The position numbers were made by a program, and so were the translations under genes. DNA of 64,000 bases from Chiloscyllium plagiosum (lineage: Eukaryota). The stretch is from assembly GCF_004010195.1 (NCBI RefSeq), contig NC_057719.1, positions 31,042,957 through 31,106,956 on the forward strand, given 5' to 3'. Below are positions 13,318 through 26,621 of this stretch, piece after piece; position 1 is the first letter of the stretch, and each line of letters starts with the position of its first letter. A model generated the notes under the pieces. That model had not been told where the DNA came from, made no database searches, and saw only the letters and a list, made by a program, of their open reading frames with translations.

Positions 13318-13857
13318 GTTGCGTACAGTTCTAGTCTCTTTCCTTTCGGAAAGATGTTGTGAAACTTGAAAGGGTTCAGAAAAGATTTACAAGGATGTTG
13401 CCAGGTTTGGAAGATTTGAGCTATAGGGAGAGGTTGAATAGCTAGGGCTGTTTTCCGTGGAGCATCAGAGGCTGAGGTGTGAGCTTATAGAGGTCTACAA
13501 AATCATGAGGGGTATGGATAGGATAAATAGACAAAGTCTTTTCCCTGGGGTGGGTGTGTCCAGAACGAGAGGGCATAGGTTTAGGGTGAGAGGGGAAAGA
13601 TATAAAGGAGACCTAAGGGGTAATTTCTTCACGCAGAGGGTGATGTGTGTATGGAATGAGCTGCCAGAGGAAGTAGTAGAGTCTAGTACAATTGCAACAT
13701 TTAAAAGGCATTCGGATGGGTATATGAATAGGAGGGTTTTGGAGGGATATGGGTCAGGTGCTGGCAATTGGGACTAGATTGGGTTGGGATATCTGGTTGG
13801 CAAGGACGAGTTGGACCGAAGGGTCTGTTTCCGTGCTGTACATCTCTATGACTCTAA
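13318..13857 (+). mobile_element. CR1 LINE 3' fragment
   Basis: ORF 13457-13777 (LIEVYKIMRG..WNELPEE) plus CR1 3' UTR. Confidence 0.9.
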
Positions 13858-14137
13858 ATCATACCTTATATAAGTGTATCAGAATGCAGTGCAGAATATA
13901 ATGTTACAGCTACAGAGAAGGTACTGAGTAACTCTTAATATATGAGACTCCTTTCATAAGTCTGATAACAGCAGGGAAGAAGCTATTCTTAAATTTGTTG
14001 GTACATGTTTACAACTTTTATATCTTCTGCCCAATAGAAGAGGGTAGAAGACAGGAATACCGGGGTGTGAGGGGTCTCTGATTATGTTGGTTGACTTCAC
14101 ACGGTAGTGGGAAGTGTAGACAGAATCTTTGGAAGGA

Positions 14138-14942
14138 ACTTTCCCTTGCACCTGCAGGAGGGGTAACACCTGCCTGTTTACGTCCTCCCTCCTCAGTATC
14201 CAAGGGCCCAAATATACCTTACAGGTGAAACAGCACTTTACCTGCACTTCACTCAATCTAGTCTACTACATTTGCTGCTCACAATGTAGTCTCCTCTACA
14301 TTGGGAAAACGAAACGTAGACTGGGTGACCACTTCACTGAACATCTACTTTCTGGCTGCAAAAAAGACCCTGAGCTTCCAGTTCCCTGTCACTTCAACAC
14401 AGCACCACGTTCTCTGACCAACATCTCTGCCTCAGGCTTGTTGCAGTGCTCCAGCGAAGTTTTGCGCAAGCTACAAAAAAAAGGCCCCATTTTCTGCTTA
14501 AGAACTCTACAGCCATCTGGAGTCACATCAAGTTCAACAATTTTAAGGCACCTTCTCCCATGTCCTTGCCCCAACCTCTACACAACAGACCTTGTTTATC
14601 ACATGGTCTGCTATTACACATAACCCATTGTTAGCCACTAATAGTCCCTATTAGTAGCTATTCATTCTTCTAGGCTGATCATTTTCCACTCCTTTCTCTA
14701 CCTAACTGTTCTCTCTCTTTAGGCTCCATCTCCACCTATCTTTTACTCCCTACCCTCTTCCCCCACCTTATGTTCTTCTTTAAAAACAATTTTTTCCTAG
14801 CTACCGTCAGTTCTGAGGAAGGTTCACTGCCCGAAATGTTAACTCTGATTTCTCTGCACAGATGCTGCCAGACCTGCTGAGCTTTTCCAGGAATTTCTGT
14901 TTCAGTTTCTGATTTTCTGCATTCACAGTTCTTTTCTGTCAA
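14138..14942 (+). mobile_element. Penelope-like element 3' part: GIY-YIG endonuclease plus terminal repeat with hammerhead (family B)
   Basis: ORF 14129-14623 has FTCTSLNLVYYICCSQCSLLYIGKTKRRLGDHFTEH; hammerhead core at 14813-14840; flanking TGGAAGGAA repeat. Confidence 0.9.
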
Positions 14943-16299
14943 TGGAAGGAAGGCTTGTTTTGGTGATGGTTTGGGCTGTGTTCACAACTGTCTGTAGTTT
15001 CTTGGGATCTTGGGCGGAGCAGTTGCCATACCAAGCTGTGATGCATTCAGATAGTATGCTTTCTGTGGTGCATTTATAGAAATTGGTAAGAGTCATTCTG
15101 GATCTGTGGAATTTTTGTAGCCTTCTGAGGAAGTAGAGGTGTTGGTGGGTTTTCTTGATTGCAGTGTCAACATGGATGGAGCAGGATAGATTGTTGGTAA
15201 TATTTAATCCTAGGAACTTAAAGCTTTCGACCACCTGCACCTCAGCACCATTGATGCAGACAGGAGCATGTCCTCCACACTGTTTCCTGAATTCAATAAT
15301 CAACTCCTTCATATTGCTGAGGGAGAGGTTGTTGTCTTGTCACCATGCCACTAAGCTGTCTTTCTCCTTCTTGTATTCTGTCTCATCATTGTTTGAGATC
15401 TGACCCACTACAGTGGTGTCATCAGCAAATGTGTAAATGGAGTTAGAGCTGAAATTGGCCACTAGTTGTGAGTGTATACGTAAGTGACTGAGTATGCAAT
15501 CATGTGGGGCACCAGTGTTGGGGATTATTGAGGAGGAAATGTTGTCATATATCCTTACTGTTTGTGGTCCACGAGCCAGGAAATTGAGGAACCAGATACA
15601 GAGGGAGGAACAGAGTCTTAGGTCTTGGAGTTTGGAGATGAGCTTTGTTGGAATTATGGAGCTCAAATCAATAAATAGGAGTCTAAAGTAGGTGTCCTTG
15701 TTGTCCAGATGTTCCAGGGATGCGGGTAAGGCCAGGGAGATGGCAACTGCTGTGGATCTATTGTGATGATAGGTGAATTGTAGCTGATCAAGGCAATTTG
15801 GGAAGCTGGTGTTGATGTGTGCCATTACAAACATCCTGAACCACTTCGTAATGATGGATATCAGCGCCACTGGGCGTTAGTTATTAAGGCACATTGACGA
15901 TCACTCTGGGATGATAGTGGTATTCTTGAGGCAAGTGGGAACCTCACTCGAGAGGTTAAAGGTGTCTGCAAATACTCCCACCAGCTGATCCTTGCAGGAT
16001 CTGTGTGCACAGCTGGGGACTGCATCTGGGCCAGTTGCATCCCATGGATTCACCTTCAAGAAGGCCAGTCTGACAATTGCGGCAGTGACTGTGAGTACAG
16101 GTGCACTCGATGCTGTCAGGGTAGGTGACATAATTTCATTGATCTTCAGTTCAAAATGAGAATAAAATTCATTGAGCTTATTGGAGAGGGATGCATTGTC
16201 AATGATGCTACTCAACTCTACTTGGTAGCCCATTATATCCTTTCCACAGTTGAAGTGTGTCTGTGTCATTAATCTGAGACCTAGTTAAAATGATATTGT

Positions 16300-18696
16300 G
16301 GGGATCCAGGGTAGCGGCGATCTGAGAAAATCTCACTGCAGAGCTCCGCATCGCAGCACAAGCGGGACGAACCTTTAACCCGCCCAACCCAGGCCATCGC
16401 GATATCTTGGGACTCCGGAAACATTGTGGAATCCCAAGAAACTTCTAAAAATTAACTTATCTGTGTTTCCAGCCGTCAAGAGCTGCCGAAAAAGTGTGGT
16501 GGGGGGCGGGGAAGCATCCGAGGTCAGGTCTGCAGTTCAGCTTGCAGCAGCCTCAGAGCTGATTACTTTCAAGCCCTGGTGAACGAGCTCATGAAATCTC
16601 TTGAGATGCTGGGAAACAGATTGAAGAGAAGAGAAGCTGGCTCCAATCTTTCTCATGCTGAAGAAGCATGAACAGCAGCTGGGAGACCTGGAGAAGAGGA
16701 CGGATGAGGTGGAGCACAGGGTTTCAGTGGTGGAAGCTGATGCCAGTTCATCCAAGGATAGGATCCAAGCCCTGGAGACACAGTTCTGTAATTTGCACGA
16801 CCAAGTGGATGATCTTGAGAACAGGGCAGGAGAAAAAAATTTCGATCATCGTCTGCCTGAGGGTAAAGAAGGTGAGCGGCCTGCAGAATTTGTTTAAGAT
16901 TAGCTGCCGAAATTCCTTGACTTGGAGGCTGGCACGGAAGGATTGAAGATAGAGAGGGCTCACCGGTTCGCAGTGCAGAGATTGGGTCTGGGTCAACGTC
17001 CTCATCCTGTCCTGGTGCGGTTCCATCATTACCGGGATAAGGAGAGAGTCATGGAGGCTTCCAGAGTCCAGAAGAAGGATCTGAAGGCCCTAATTTACGA
17101 GAGCTCTAAGATCATGTTCTTTCAGGACTTCTCAGCGACGGTGATCCAGAAACAAAAATCTTACGACAGTGTCAAGAGAAGACTGAGGGAGCTTGGGATT
17201 CAGTACTCCCTGAATAACTGTAACTGCCTCTCAGATTTGGGGGAGTGGACCTTCCAGATGTTAAAAATTACCAATTAAGCTTGCTCTTGACCTACGTGAT
17301 TGGATTTGTGGGGATCCTCTTTCAATATGGCTAGATATCGAAGCCTCCCAGGCAAGGTGCCCCTTTACCAGTTTGCTGTTTTTGAACAAAATAAGGACAG
17401 TTAGGGGATATTGCCATAACCCAAAAGTCATCAATGCTGTTAAAGCATGGAGGGCAATTCAGCATAGGGAAGGCAATATTGGCAAAATATCTTTGTTTAT
17501 GCCTTTAGTGGGTATGGCATGTTTTCAACCGGGGATGATAGTTTCAGGATTTAAATGTTGGGCAGCGAGGGGGGTGTCTTGCATGGGCGATTTATTTGAG
17601 GGAGACATAATGATGTCCTTCGATCAGTTAGTACGGAAGTATGAGTTATCTAATTGAGACCTCGTTTGCTTTTTTTTCAAGTTAGGGATTTTATTCAAAA
17701 AACGACGACACTTTTGACTGATCCTAGTGCTAAGAGTACACTTTCTGTCAGTACTTTATATTATTAATTGGGGAGTGTCTTCTCAAATGAGTTTGATCGA
17801 CTCTGCAGGATGTGGGAGAGAGAGTTGGGTGTTGAAGTCTCCTCAGAGACATGGGAGGATATTTGGGAGAATGCAAGGAAGATATCAATATGCATGTTTT
17901 ACAGTTGAAGATTCTCCACAGGGTCCACTTGGCTCCGGACCATTTGTCAAAATTTAAATCAGGGGTATCTTCAGCAGGTCCCAAGTGCAAGGTCTGCACG
18001 GCACTCTAACCCATTGTCTTTGACGTTGCGATAGGCTTCAAACAAATTGGAGTGTTGTGGCGGGCGCTATGGAGAGGAATTTGGATGTAAGGATATAAAA
18101 GGACATTATCTCTCTCCTTTTGGGCCTGCCCACTGTATTTCCTGCAGACGCGCATAAGAAAACCTTTTCAATATTCTCACTTTCAGTGCAAGAAAGAATA
18201 TCTTGCTCGGTTGGATATTCGAAAAAACCCCAGGCCTGTCAAGTTGGCAGAAGATTGTTATGGAACATATTCCCCTGGATTTTCTCACAAATATGGTACA
18301 CCGCAAAACTGAGAATTTTTATAAGAAATGACAGCCCTTTTTGGAAAACCTTGACACAGGTTTATCTGCCACACTAACAAGGGCTTTTATATGGCCGTAA
18401 CGATTGTGTTTTACGAGTTCAATATCCAGGGAGGAGGAACTGTGAACATATGAGCATTTTGTTTGACTGGGCTGAGTTATTTCTATTTATTTGTTTGGTG
18501 TTGGATATTTATTTAGTTAAATAGCCAGTTTGGAGTTTTTCTTATTCTATATTTTCCATATATGTTTGTACATTTGTACATGAGGGTGGGTTGGAGATTT
18601 TTTTTTAATTTGGGTTTTTTTTTACTGTTTAAAAGTGTATTGTTTTATACTTGTAATATTGAAAAAATCTATTTTTTCAATAAACATATTTTTTTT
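16300..18696 (+). mobile_element. L1-clade LINE with both ends present and most of ORF2 deleted
   Basis: ORF1 coiled coil/RRM (VDDLENRAG, KIERAHR, FFQDFS), ORF2 C-terminal remnants, T-rich 3' UTR, AATAAA near 18679, 12-bp TSD AAATGATATTGT. Confidence 0.85.
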
Positions 18697-19457
18697 AAAT
18701 GATATTGTATCTTGGCGTTCTTGATGGTTTTGTGAAGTATTCTCGAACCACTGCTCTGGTACTCTTCCACATTCGTCAATAAATGAATTAGAGTTAGTGT
18801 TATTCTAAGTGTTGTTAGAGAACTGTGAAGGAATTATATTGAATTCTCTAATACAAAATAAATCATGTGTTGAAAAAAAGGCATATTAGAAAAGCAGTGT
18901 TTTAATGAGTCTATTGTATGTGTGGCCCAGATCTTCTGGTTTCCAAACAGTCAGAGACTGGATGGACCCTGACAAATGTGCTACTGGACTGCTTGAAAGT
19001 CCCTGCACTCTGATTATTGGGTAGTTGTCCTTGAGTTTGAAACTTCCGATGGCTTACTTTGCTGTATCTGGAACCCTCTGAAAATGGTTAGTCAGAGACT
19101 TTGGAGAGTTCTAATGTACTTAATTTTATAATTTCCAGGGAAAAATTAGAGTTTTAAAACCCACTCTAACTCCGTCATAACTATGAAACTGACGCACCCC
19201 TCAAACAAAATTTCTCGCGTTGATCCCATTACTTCAGATCCAACCACCTAGAACAAGCCCCCTTCTCACAAGACATCTGTCCCACACTACCCCCTCCACC
19301 ATTTACTGGTCACCCTACCTTTCACCCAATTAATTGGCAGTCTGTCCCCTCATCCATTAAATGAGCACCATAACCACACTAGAAATATGCAGCTCCAGAG
19401 TGGAGTAAGTAAGAAGGATCAGAGTTATAATGCAACTGTGATTACCACTCTTTGGAA

Positions 19458-19776
19458 ATTAGATTAGATTAGATTACATTACAGTGTGGAAACAGGCCCT
19501 TCGGCCCAACAAGTCCACAGCGACCCGCCGAAGCGCAACCCATCCATACCCCTACATTTACCCCTTACCTAACACCACGGGCAATTTAGCATGGCCAATT
19601 CACCTGATCTGCACATCTTTGGACTGTGGGAGGAAACCGGAGCACCCGGAGGAAACCCACGCAGACATGGGGAGAATGTGCAAACTCCACACAGTCAGTC
19701 GCCTGAGGCGGGAATTGAACCCGGGTCTCTGGCGCTGCGAGGCAGCAGTGCTAACCACTGTGCCACTGTGCCGCCC
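19458..19776 (-). mobile_element. HE1-type V-SINE
   Basis: Reverse complement of the 12506-12815 consensus with (GATTA)n tail. Confidence 0.9.
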
Positions 19777-21199
19777 ACCACGGAAAGTTTGGCTCTATAT
19801 ATTTGCAAACCGTACCAATGTATTGGAGGAAGTATATTGAATCAACATTGAGTATATGGTGGTTTAAACTATGGCCTTGAATCTTATTAGCTTGAATGGA
19901 ATTCCTGTTTCCAACCCAGAGCAGACAAATGTTGTCTTCTTATCTTCTAATACAGGACCCATCTCACCTTGTCTATTGTGGCAATTTGAGGCAGTAACAT
20001 GAAAAATCTTTGCAGAAACCACTTACCCTTTTCATGGCACTAGCTGAGATATTTCAGTGTAAACAGTTTAAATGTTACAAAGCCTTTTTGAGAGGCTATG
20101 GGAGAAGGTAAATGTGGAAGAGACTGAGAAAATCATGTGGCTTGTTCTGTGTGTGTGATGAGATAGTGGTAGGTGGTTGACAGGGAAGGCGTGTCCCAAT
20201 TTTGGAAGTCAGTTACTCAGCAGTTAAAAGGCAGTTTTTAATTCTCTAACCTTTCCTGGTTAACTCTCCAGTTTGAAGCTTTTGAACCCTCAGAAGTTTG
20301 GAGGATTCCATGCCTGGAGTAAGTTGCCCAACCTAAGTTTAAACGTCACAGTCAATTGTCTGCAACTGTTTAGAGTCCAGAAGGTCTGGACAAATTATCA
20401 ATTTAAACTGCAAATTGGGTTACTATTTCATTCAAGTTACTGGATTTATAAAGTAATTGAACAGTCGAATCATGATTAGAAAGTAGAGATTAAAAAAGTA
20501 ATTTGGACATCTGCAGCAGTCACACTATTGTTCTTCACAAGGAAAGTTAAGGATGTGCAGTAAATTGGTGTATTTTCTGAACTTGTGGTAACAGCCTCAG
20601 GTGAAAACCTCAAATGAATCATGCGTGGAAAAGCCTGAAACATCCCTACAGCAATATCCATGCTAAGGTGCATGCCTGTGCAGCTACCTATGCCATGCAG
20701 TTCTTGTTAGGTATTAAATTCTGCGCAAACAATGCTGTGGATAAAGATATGGAAGCTAGGGAATTCAGGGAACTAAGTAGCGATGTCTTGAAAAAAGTCT
20801 GTATTACAAAAGAGGAGGTGCTGGAAGTATTAAAATGCATAAAGATAGATAAATTCCCAGGAGCTGATCAAGTGTGGGAAGCTAGTGGAGAAATTGTGGG
20901 GCTCCTATCGGAGATATTTGTATCAGTGACAGCCATAGGTGAGGTCCTGGAGGACTGAAGGGTGGCTGACATTGTGCCATGGAACTACAGACAGGTGAGC
21001 CTAATGTCAGTGGTGGGTAAGTTGTTGGAAGGAATTCTGACAGATGGGATCTCCATACATTTGGAAAGCCAAGGACTGTTTGGGGATAGCCAGCATGGCC
21101 TAGTATACAGTAAATAATGTCTCATGAATTTGTTTTACTATTTTTGAAGATGTAACCAAGAAGAATGATGAGGGCAGTGCAGTGGACATTATCTACATG

Positions 21200-21565
21200 A
21201 CATCAGGTTATAATCCAACAGGTTTATTTGTAACCACAAGCCTTTGGAACACTGCACCTTCGTCAGGTGAAGTGATTTCAAATAAACCCATAGGACTATA
21301 ACCTGGTATCATGTGATTTCTCCGAGGAGAAAGTGAGGTCTGCAGATGCTGGAGATCAGAGCTGAAAATGTGTTGCTGGTAAAGCACAGCAGGTCAGGCA
21401 GCATCCAAGGAACAGGAGAATCGACGTTTCGGGCATAAGCCTGATGAAGGGCTTATGCCCGAAACGTCGATTCTCCTGTTCCTTGGATGCTGCCTGACCT
21501 GCTGTGCTTTACCAGCAACACATTTTCAGCTCATGTGATTTCTCACCTTGTCCATCCCAACTCCA
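21200..21565. mobile_element. Fold-back PLE family C fragment containing a fold-back PLE family A insertion
   Basis: Outer: CAGGTTATAATCC...GGACTATAACCTG inverted ends. Inner (about 21323-21532): perfect inverted arms and TSD ATGTGATTTCTC. Confidence 0.85.
21441..21468 (+). ncRNA. Minimal hammerhead ribozyme core (PLE family A)
   Basis: CTGATGA-A-GGGC-TTAT-GCCC-GAAA-CGTC; palindromic ACGT stem III; 5' arm of helix I lost to the inversion. Confidence 0.75.
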
Positions 21566-22799
21566 CTACATGGACTTTAGCAAGGCGTTCAACAGGGTAC
21601 TGCATAGTAGACTGATTAGTATGGTAGATCACGTGGGATCTGGGGAGTGCTTGTCAATTGGATACTAAATTGCTTGATGGTAGATGACAGAGGAAGGTGG
21701 TAGAGGTTTGTTTTTCAGACTGAAGGCCTGTGTCCAGCGGGGTGCTGCAAGGATCGTGCAGGGTACACTGTTGTTTATCATTAATATTGATGATTTAGTT
21801 GAGAGTACAAAAGGCATGGTTGCTAAGTTTGCAAATGATATCAAAGTTGGTGGTATTGTGGACAGTGAAAAAGATTATCCAAGAATACAGTGGGATTTTG
21901 ATCAACTGAGCCAATGGGCCAAGGAATGGCAGGTGGAATTCAGGTAAATGCAAGCTGTAGCATTTTGGTGAGACAAACCAGGGAAGGACTTAGACAATTA
22001 ATGGTAGTGCCTTGGGGAATGTTGCCGAACCGAGAGATGTAAGGGTGCAGATAGTTCCTTGAAAGTGGCATCGCAGGTAGACAGGATGGTTAAAAAGTTG
22101 TTTGACATGCTTGTCTTCATCGGTAAGAGTGTCACATATGGAAGTTGGGATGTCATGTTACAACTGTACAGGACATTGGTAAGGCTGCATTTGGAGCATT
22201 GCATACAATTCTGGTTGCCCTGCAATAAGAAGGATGTTATTAAACTGGAAAGGGTGCAATAAAGATCTACAAGGATGTTACCATGACTGGAAGATTTGAG
22301 ATATAAGGAGAGGCTGTGACTATTCACCCTGGAATATAGGAGACTGAGAGATGATCTTATAAAGGTTTTTATAATCAGGAGGAACATAGATAAGGTGAAT
22401 AGCCAAAATCTTTTCCAAAACTAGAGGGTGTGGGTTTAAGGTAAGAGGGGAAACATTTAAAAGGACATGAGGATCAACTTTTTCACACAGAGGGTATTGC
22501 ATATATGGACCGAAATGCCAGAGGAAGTGATAGAGTTGCCTACAATTACAACATTTAAAAGACATTTGGACAGATACATGGATAGGAAAGGCTTTGAGGG
22601 ATATGGGCCAAATGCAGGCAAATGGGACCAGGTCAGTTTAGGAAACTTTATTGGCATGGGTGAGTTAAGCCAAAGGGGCCTATTTTCATGCTGTAAACCT
22701 CTATTACTCTATAACAAATTTAAAAGTACCACACATGGCATAATTTTGTTTGAGGCTAGTACTTTTTTAAAAGAAGCATTGATTAATTTTATTTATCAT

Positions 22800-24318
22800 C
22801 GTCACATACTTAGATATAGTTTTGCATGCTATACAGGCAGATTGTACCATACAAAGTGTGTCAGGGTGGCAGAATACAGTTCAGAATATGGTGTCACAGC
22901 TGTGGAGAAGACGCAAAGAGAAACAGGTCAGAGTTACACTTGAGAGGTCCATTCAAAAGTCTGATAACAGCGAGGACAAAGCTGATCTTGAATCTATTCA
23001 TGCATGTATTCAAACCTTTCATGTTTTCTGTCTAACAGAAGAGAGTATAACTGGGGTGGGAGGGGTTTTTGATAATGTTGGTTGCTTTCCAGAGGCAGCG
23101 GAAAGCGTAGATGAAGTCAATGGATGGAAGACTGGTTTGCATGATGAACTGGGCTATGTTCACGACTGTCTATTTTCTTGTGATCTTGTAAAGGGCAGTT
23201 TGCCAAACCATGCTATGGTGTATCCAGATAGAATGCTGTCTATAGTGCATCTATAAAAATTGGGAAGAGCCCTTGTGAAAATGCTGAATTTCCTTAGCCT
23301 CCTGAGGAAGTACGGACGTCATTGTGCTTTCTTGACCGTCGCATAAATGTGGGTAGGCCAGGGCAGATGGGTGATTATCACTCCCAGGAACTTGACACTC
23401 TCGACCAGATCCACCTCAGCACCACTAATGCGGACAGGAGCATGCTCTTCACTCCACTTCCTGAAGTCAATAAGCAATTTCTTAATTTTGCTCACATTGA
23501 AGGAGAGATTGTTGTCTTTACACATGGGCAGCACAGTGGTTAGTAATGCTGCCTCACAGTGACAGAGACCCGGGTTCAATTCCCACCTCCGGCAACTGTG
23601 TGGAGTTGCATGTTCTCCCCGTGTCTGCGTGGGTTTCCTCCGGGTGCTCCGGTTTCCTCCCACAGTCCAAAAATGTGCAGATTAGGTGAATATGCCATGC
23701 TAAAAATTGTCCGTAGTGTTAGCTGAAGGGGAATGGGTCTGAGTGGGTTGCTCCTTGGAGCATCGGTGTGGGCTTATTGAGCCGAAGGGCCTGTTTCCAC
23801 AATATAAGTAATCTAATCTAATGCCGGTAAGCACTCAATCTCTTTCCTGTATTCAGTCTTGTCATCATTTGATATCCGACCTACAATGGCATTGTCATCA
23901 GCAAACTTGGAAATGGAGTTGGGGCGAAATTTAGCCCCGCAGTCATGAGTGTATAAGGAGTATAGTAGGAGGCTGAGTGCACAGCCTTGTGGGGCACTGA
24001 TGTTGAGGATTGTGTCACCTATTCTTACTGATTACCATCTATGGGTCAGGAAGTCAAGGATCCATTACAGAAGGGGAGCCGAGATCTAGGTCTCGGAATT
24101 TAGAGATGAGTTTGTTTGAAATTATGGTGTTGAAGGCAATAAGTAGGAGCTTGATTTAGGTATCCTTGTTATCCACATGTTCCAGGTATGGATTTAGGGC
24201 CAGGGAGATAGCACCTACTGTAGACCTGTTGTATCAGCAGGTGAATTGCAAAGCATGAAGGAAGTTTGGTTGGCTGTAGTTGATGTGAGCTATGTCTAAA
24301 CTCTTGAAGTACTTCAAC
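22800..24318 (-). mobile_element. Rex1/Babar-clade LINE 3' fragment
   Basis: CKDNNLSFNVSKIKKLLIDFRK..VESVKFLGV; homologous to 13860-15800. Confidence 0.8.
23526..23822 (+). mobile_element. HE1-type V-SINE
   Basis: tRNA head, V-core and TAATC tail; interrupts the Rex element. Confidence 0.9.
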
Positions 24319-24319
24319 T

Positions 24320-24422
24320 ACAACACCAGGTTATAGTCCAACAGGGTTGTTTGGAAGCACTAGCTTTTGGAGCGCTGTTCCTTCATCAGATGTTCGGACT
24401 ATAACCTGGTATTGTGTGATTC
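24320..24422. mobile_element. Short fold-back PLE family C end with degenerate hammerhead
   Basis: CAACACCAGGTTATAGTCC...GGACTATAACCTGGTATTG inverted arms; minus strand CTGATGAAGGAACAGCGCTCCAAAAGCTAGTG. Confidence 0.75.
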
Positions 24423-24967
24423 CGAAAAGTCTTAAGTTGAAGGGTTTTCAGGGCAGTTTATTTATAGCTAACTGATAATGCCTCAGGCAACAAGCTTCCA
24501 AGTTTTTGAAAAAAAAACACCTGTTCAATGAAAAGGGAGTGGCCATTTCTCCCCGCTCAGCTTCACTCTGGTTTAGTTTGGTTTTTAGTAGTAGTGTTTT
24601 GAAGCTGCTGGACCCAAAGAAGCAGGTCCAGGCCGGTACTCTCTGACTTCTATCCTGTAAGACCCTGTGTTTGATGTTTCCTTTTGTGCCAAGGGGTGTT
24701 GATGGGGTTTGTTGCAAATATTGGAACAGCATCATTAAGTTAGGATAATCTGTCGGGATTTCAGAGAGGTTAGGTTATTCTGTATTCTGTTCTCTTTTGT
24801 TTGTGTTTCATTTGGCAATCTTGTAAATAAATTCCGTTTTGTTTAAAACTAAATGGTTTGACCAATGGCATCTCTCCTGGAGTACCCACTTTACACCTGC
24901 TTAAAACAGCAAACAAACTGTGCTACTTTCTTGAAATGTTTTGAGGCATCTGGCCTGGTCCATGACA
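24423..24967 (+). mobile_element. Truncated solo LTR related to the Gmr1-type element LTRs
   Basis: Reverse-complement homolog of 27867-28681 and 33412-34048; ends TCTGGCCTGGTCCATGACA. Confidence 0.8.
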
Positions 24968-25257
24968 TTAACAAGTGTCATTTGTGACATAAATGCAAGG
25001 TGGTGGCAATCTCTAACAAGAGAAAATCTAAACAGTTCTTCTTGACATTCAGTGGTATTAATGCTACATTCCCTATGGTCAATATCTTGGGGAGTTTATC
25101 ACTGAATCAGAACTGAACTTTACCAATCATTTAAATATTGTGACTACATGAGCATATATCTTGTAAATGATATATAGTCTTTAGGAATTCTGCAGCAAGT
25201 AACTCACCAGCTTACTCTGAAACCTGTTCACCATCTACAAGCATAAACCACTGATGT

Positions 25258-25566
25258 GATTAGATTAGATGACATTACAGTGTGGAAACAGGCCCTTCGG
25301 CCCAACAAGTCCTCAGCGACCTGCCGAAGCGCAACCCACCCATACCCCTACATTTACCCCTTACCTAACACTACGGGCAATTTAGCATGGCCAATTCACC
25401 TGATCTGCACATCTTTGGACTGTGGGAGGAAACTGGAGCACCCGGAGGAAACCCACGCAGATACGGGGAGAATGTGCAAACTCCACACAGTCAGTCGCCT
25501 GAGGCGGGAATTGAACCCGGGTCTCAGGCGCTGTGAGGCAGCAGTGCTAACCACTGTGCCACCGTG
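25258..25566 (-). mobile_element. HE1-type V-SINE
   Basis: Near-identical to 19458-19776. Confidence 0.9.
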
Positions 25567-25883
25567 ATGTTATAATTTCCACTTGCCTGGATCTGTCGAA
25601 TCTCCAACAACACTTAAGAAGCTCACTGCACACAAAAACAAAGAAGCTCATTTTCACTGGCACCCGATTCACTACCACCACACAATACTTCCAGTATATA
25701 TACCATCTACATACACATCTCAGCAGCTTGCCAAGGCTTTCTTGATAGAACCTTTCAATTCCAAGAGAGGTCTAAAAGGACATGGGAGCACTAACATTTG
25801 CAAGTTTCTCCCTCCCTCCCCTCCCCATCACCCTCCATCTTGACTTGTAACCATATTACTGTTTTTCCACTTTCGCAGGTCAA

Positions 25884-26018
25884 ACCAGTTCTGATGAAGT
25901 GTCACTGGACTCAAAACATAAACTCTTCTTTCTTTTCACAGATGCTGCCAGACCTGCATAGTATCTCCAGCATTTCTGCTTTCGTTTCAGATCTCCAGCA
26001 TCCGTAGTTCTTTGTTTT
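25884..26018 (+). mobile_element. PLE family B end with degenerate hammerhead
   Basis: CAGTT-CTGATGA-AGTGTCACTGGACTC-AAAA-CATA-AACT followed by CAGATGCTGCCAGACCTG. Confidence 0.7.
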
Positions 26019-26621
26019 ATACAGAAGACAGTCAGGATAAATGGGTATTTTTCTGGTTTGAAAGATGTGCCACAAGTGGAGTGCCACAAGATCAATTCTA
26101 GAGCCGCAATTATTTACTATCTGTCTAAATCACTTGGAGGAGAGGGTATAATGTATCCATATTTGCTGATTAAACAAAATAGTTCAAAGGGCATGTGGTG
26201 ATGTGGACTTAAGGAATCTGCGAAAGGTTGAGTGAGTGAGCAAAAACCTGGCAAATGGTGTTTAATATAGGTAAATGTGAGGTCATGCACTTAAGGAAGA
26301 AGCATCAAAAGAAAGGGTATTAGTTACAGAATAAAAGGACATTAATTTTAAACAGAAATGCAAAGGAATTTTTTTCTCCCAGAGGGTAGTTAATGTCTGG
26401 GATTATCTACCCCAGAGACGTTTGGAGACTAGATCATTGAAAATATTAAAGAGTATGTAGATATATTTTTGAAATATTAGCCAAGGCTAGATCAGCCATG
26501 ATCTTGTTGAACAGGGAGGCAAGCTTAAGGAACCAAATAGCATATTCTTATTTTTTTATGTTCTTATATGGACTGCAGCAATTCAGAAGGCAGATTAGTG
26601 CAACCTTCTCAAATAAGTTTA

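Larger units (their letters stand above)
13860..18740 (-). mobile_element. Rex1/Babar-clade LINE remnant interrupted by a PLE and an L1
   Basis: KVNPWDATGPDAVP, TGAPHDCILS, FADDTTVVGQISNNDETEY, KELIIEFRK..FKFLG..LYFLRRL in ORFs 15901-16269, 15340-15870 and 14923-15312. Confidence 0.8.
20735..22712 (+). mobile_element. CR1 LINE RT to 3' end, with nested PLE fragments
   Basis: KIDKFPGADQV, KFANDIKVGG, LYRTLVRLHLE, FFTQRV..W..MPEE. Confidence 0.9.

Noticed and set aside
19484..19851. Recurring ORFs such as CGRKPEHPEETHAD
   Set aside because: Spurious frames of HE1 SINE copies.
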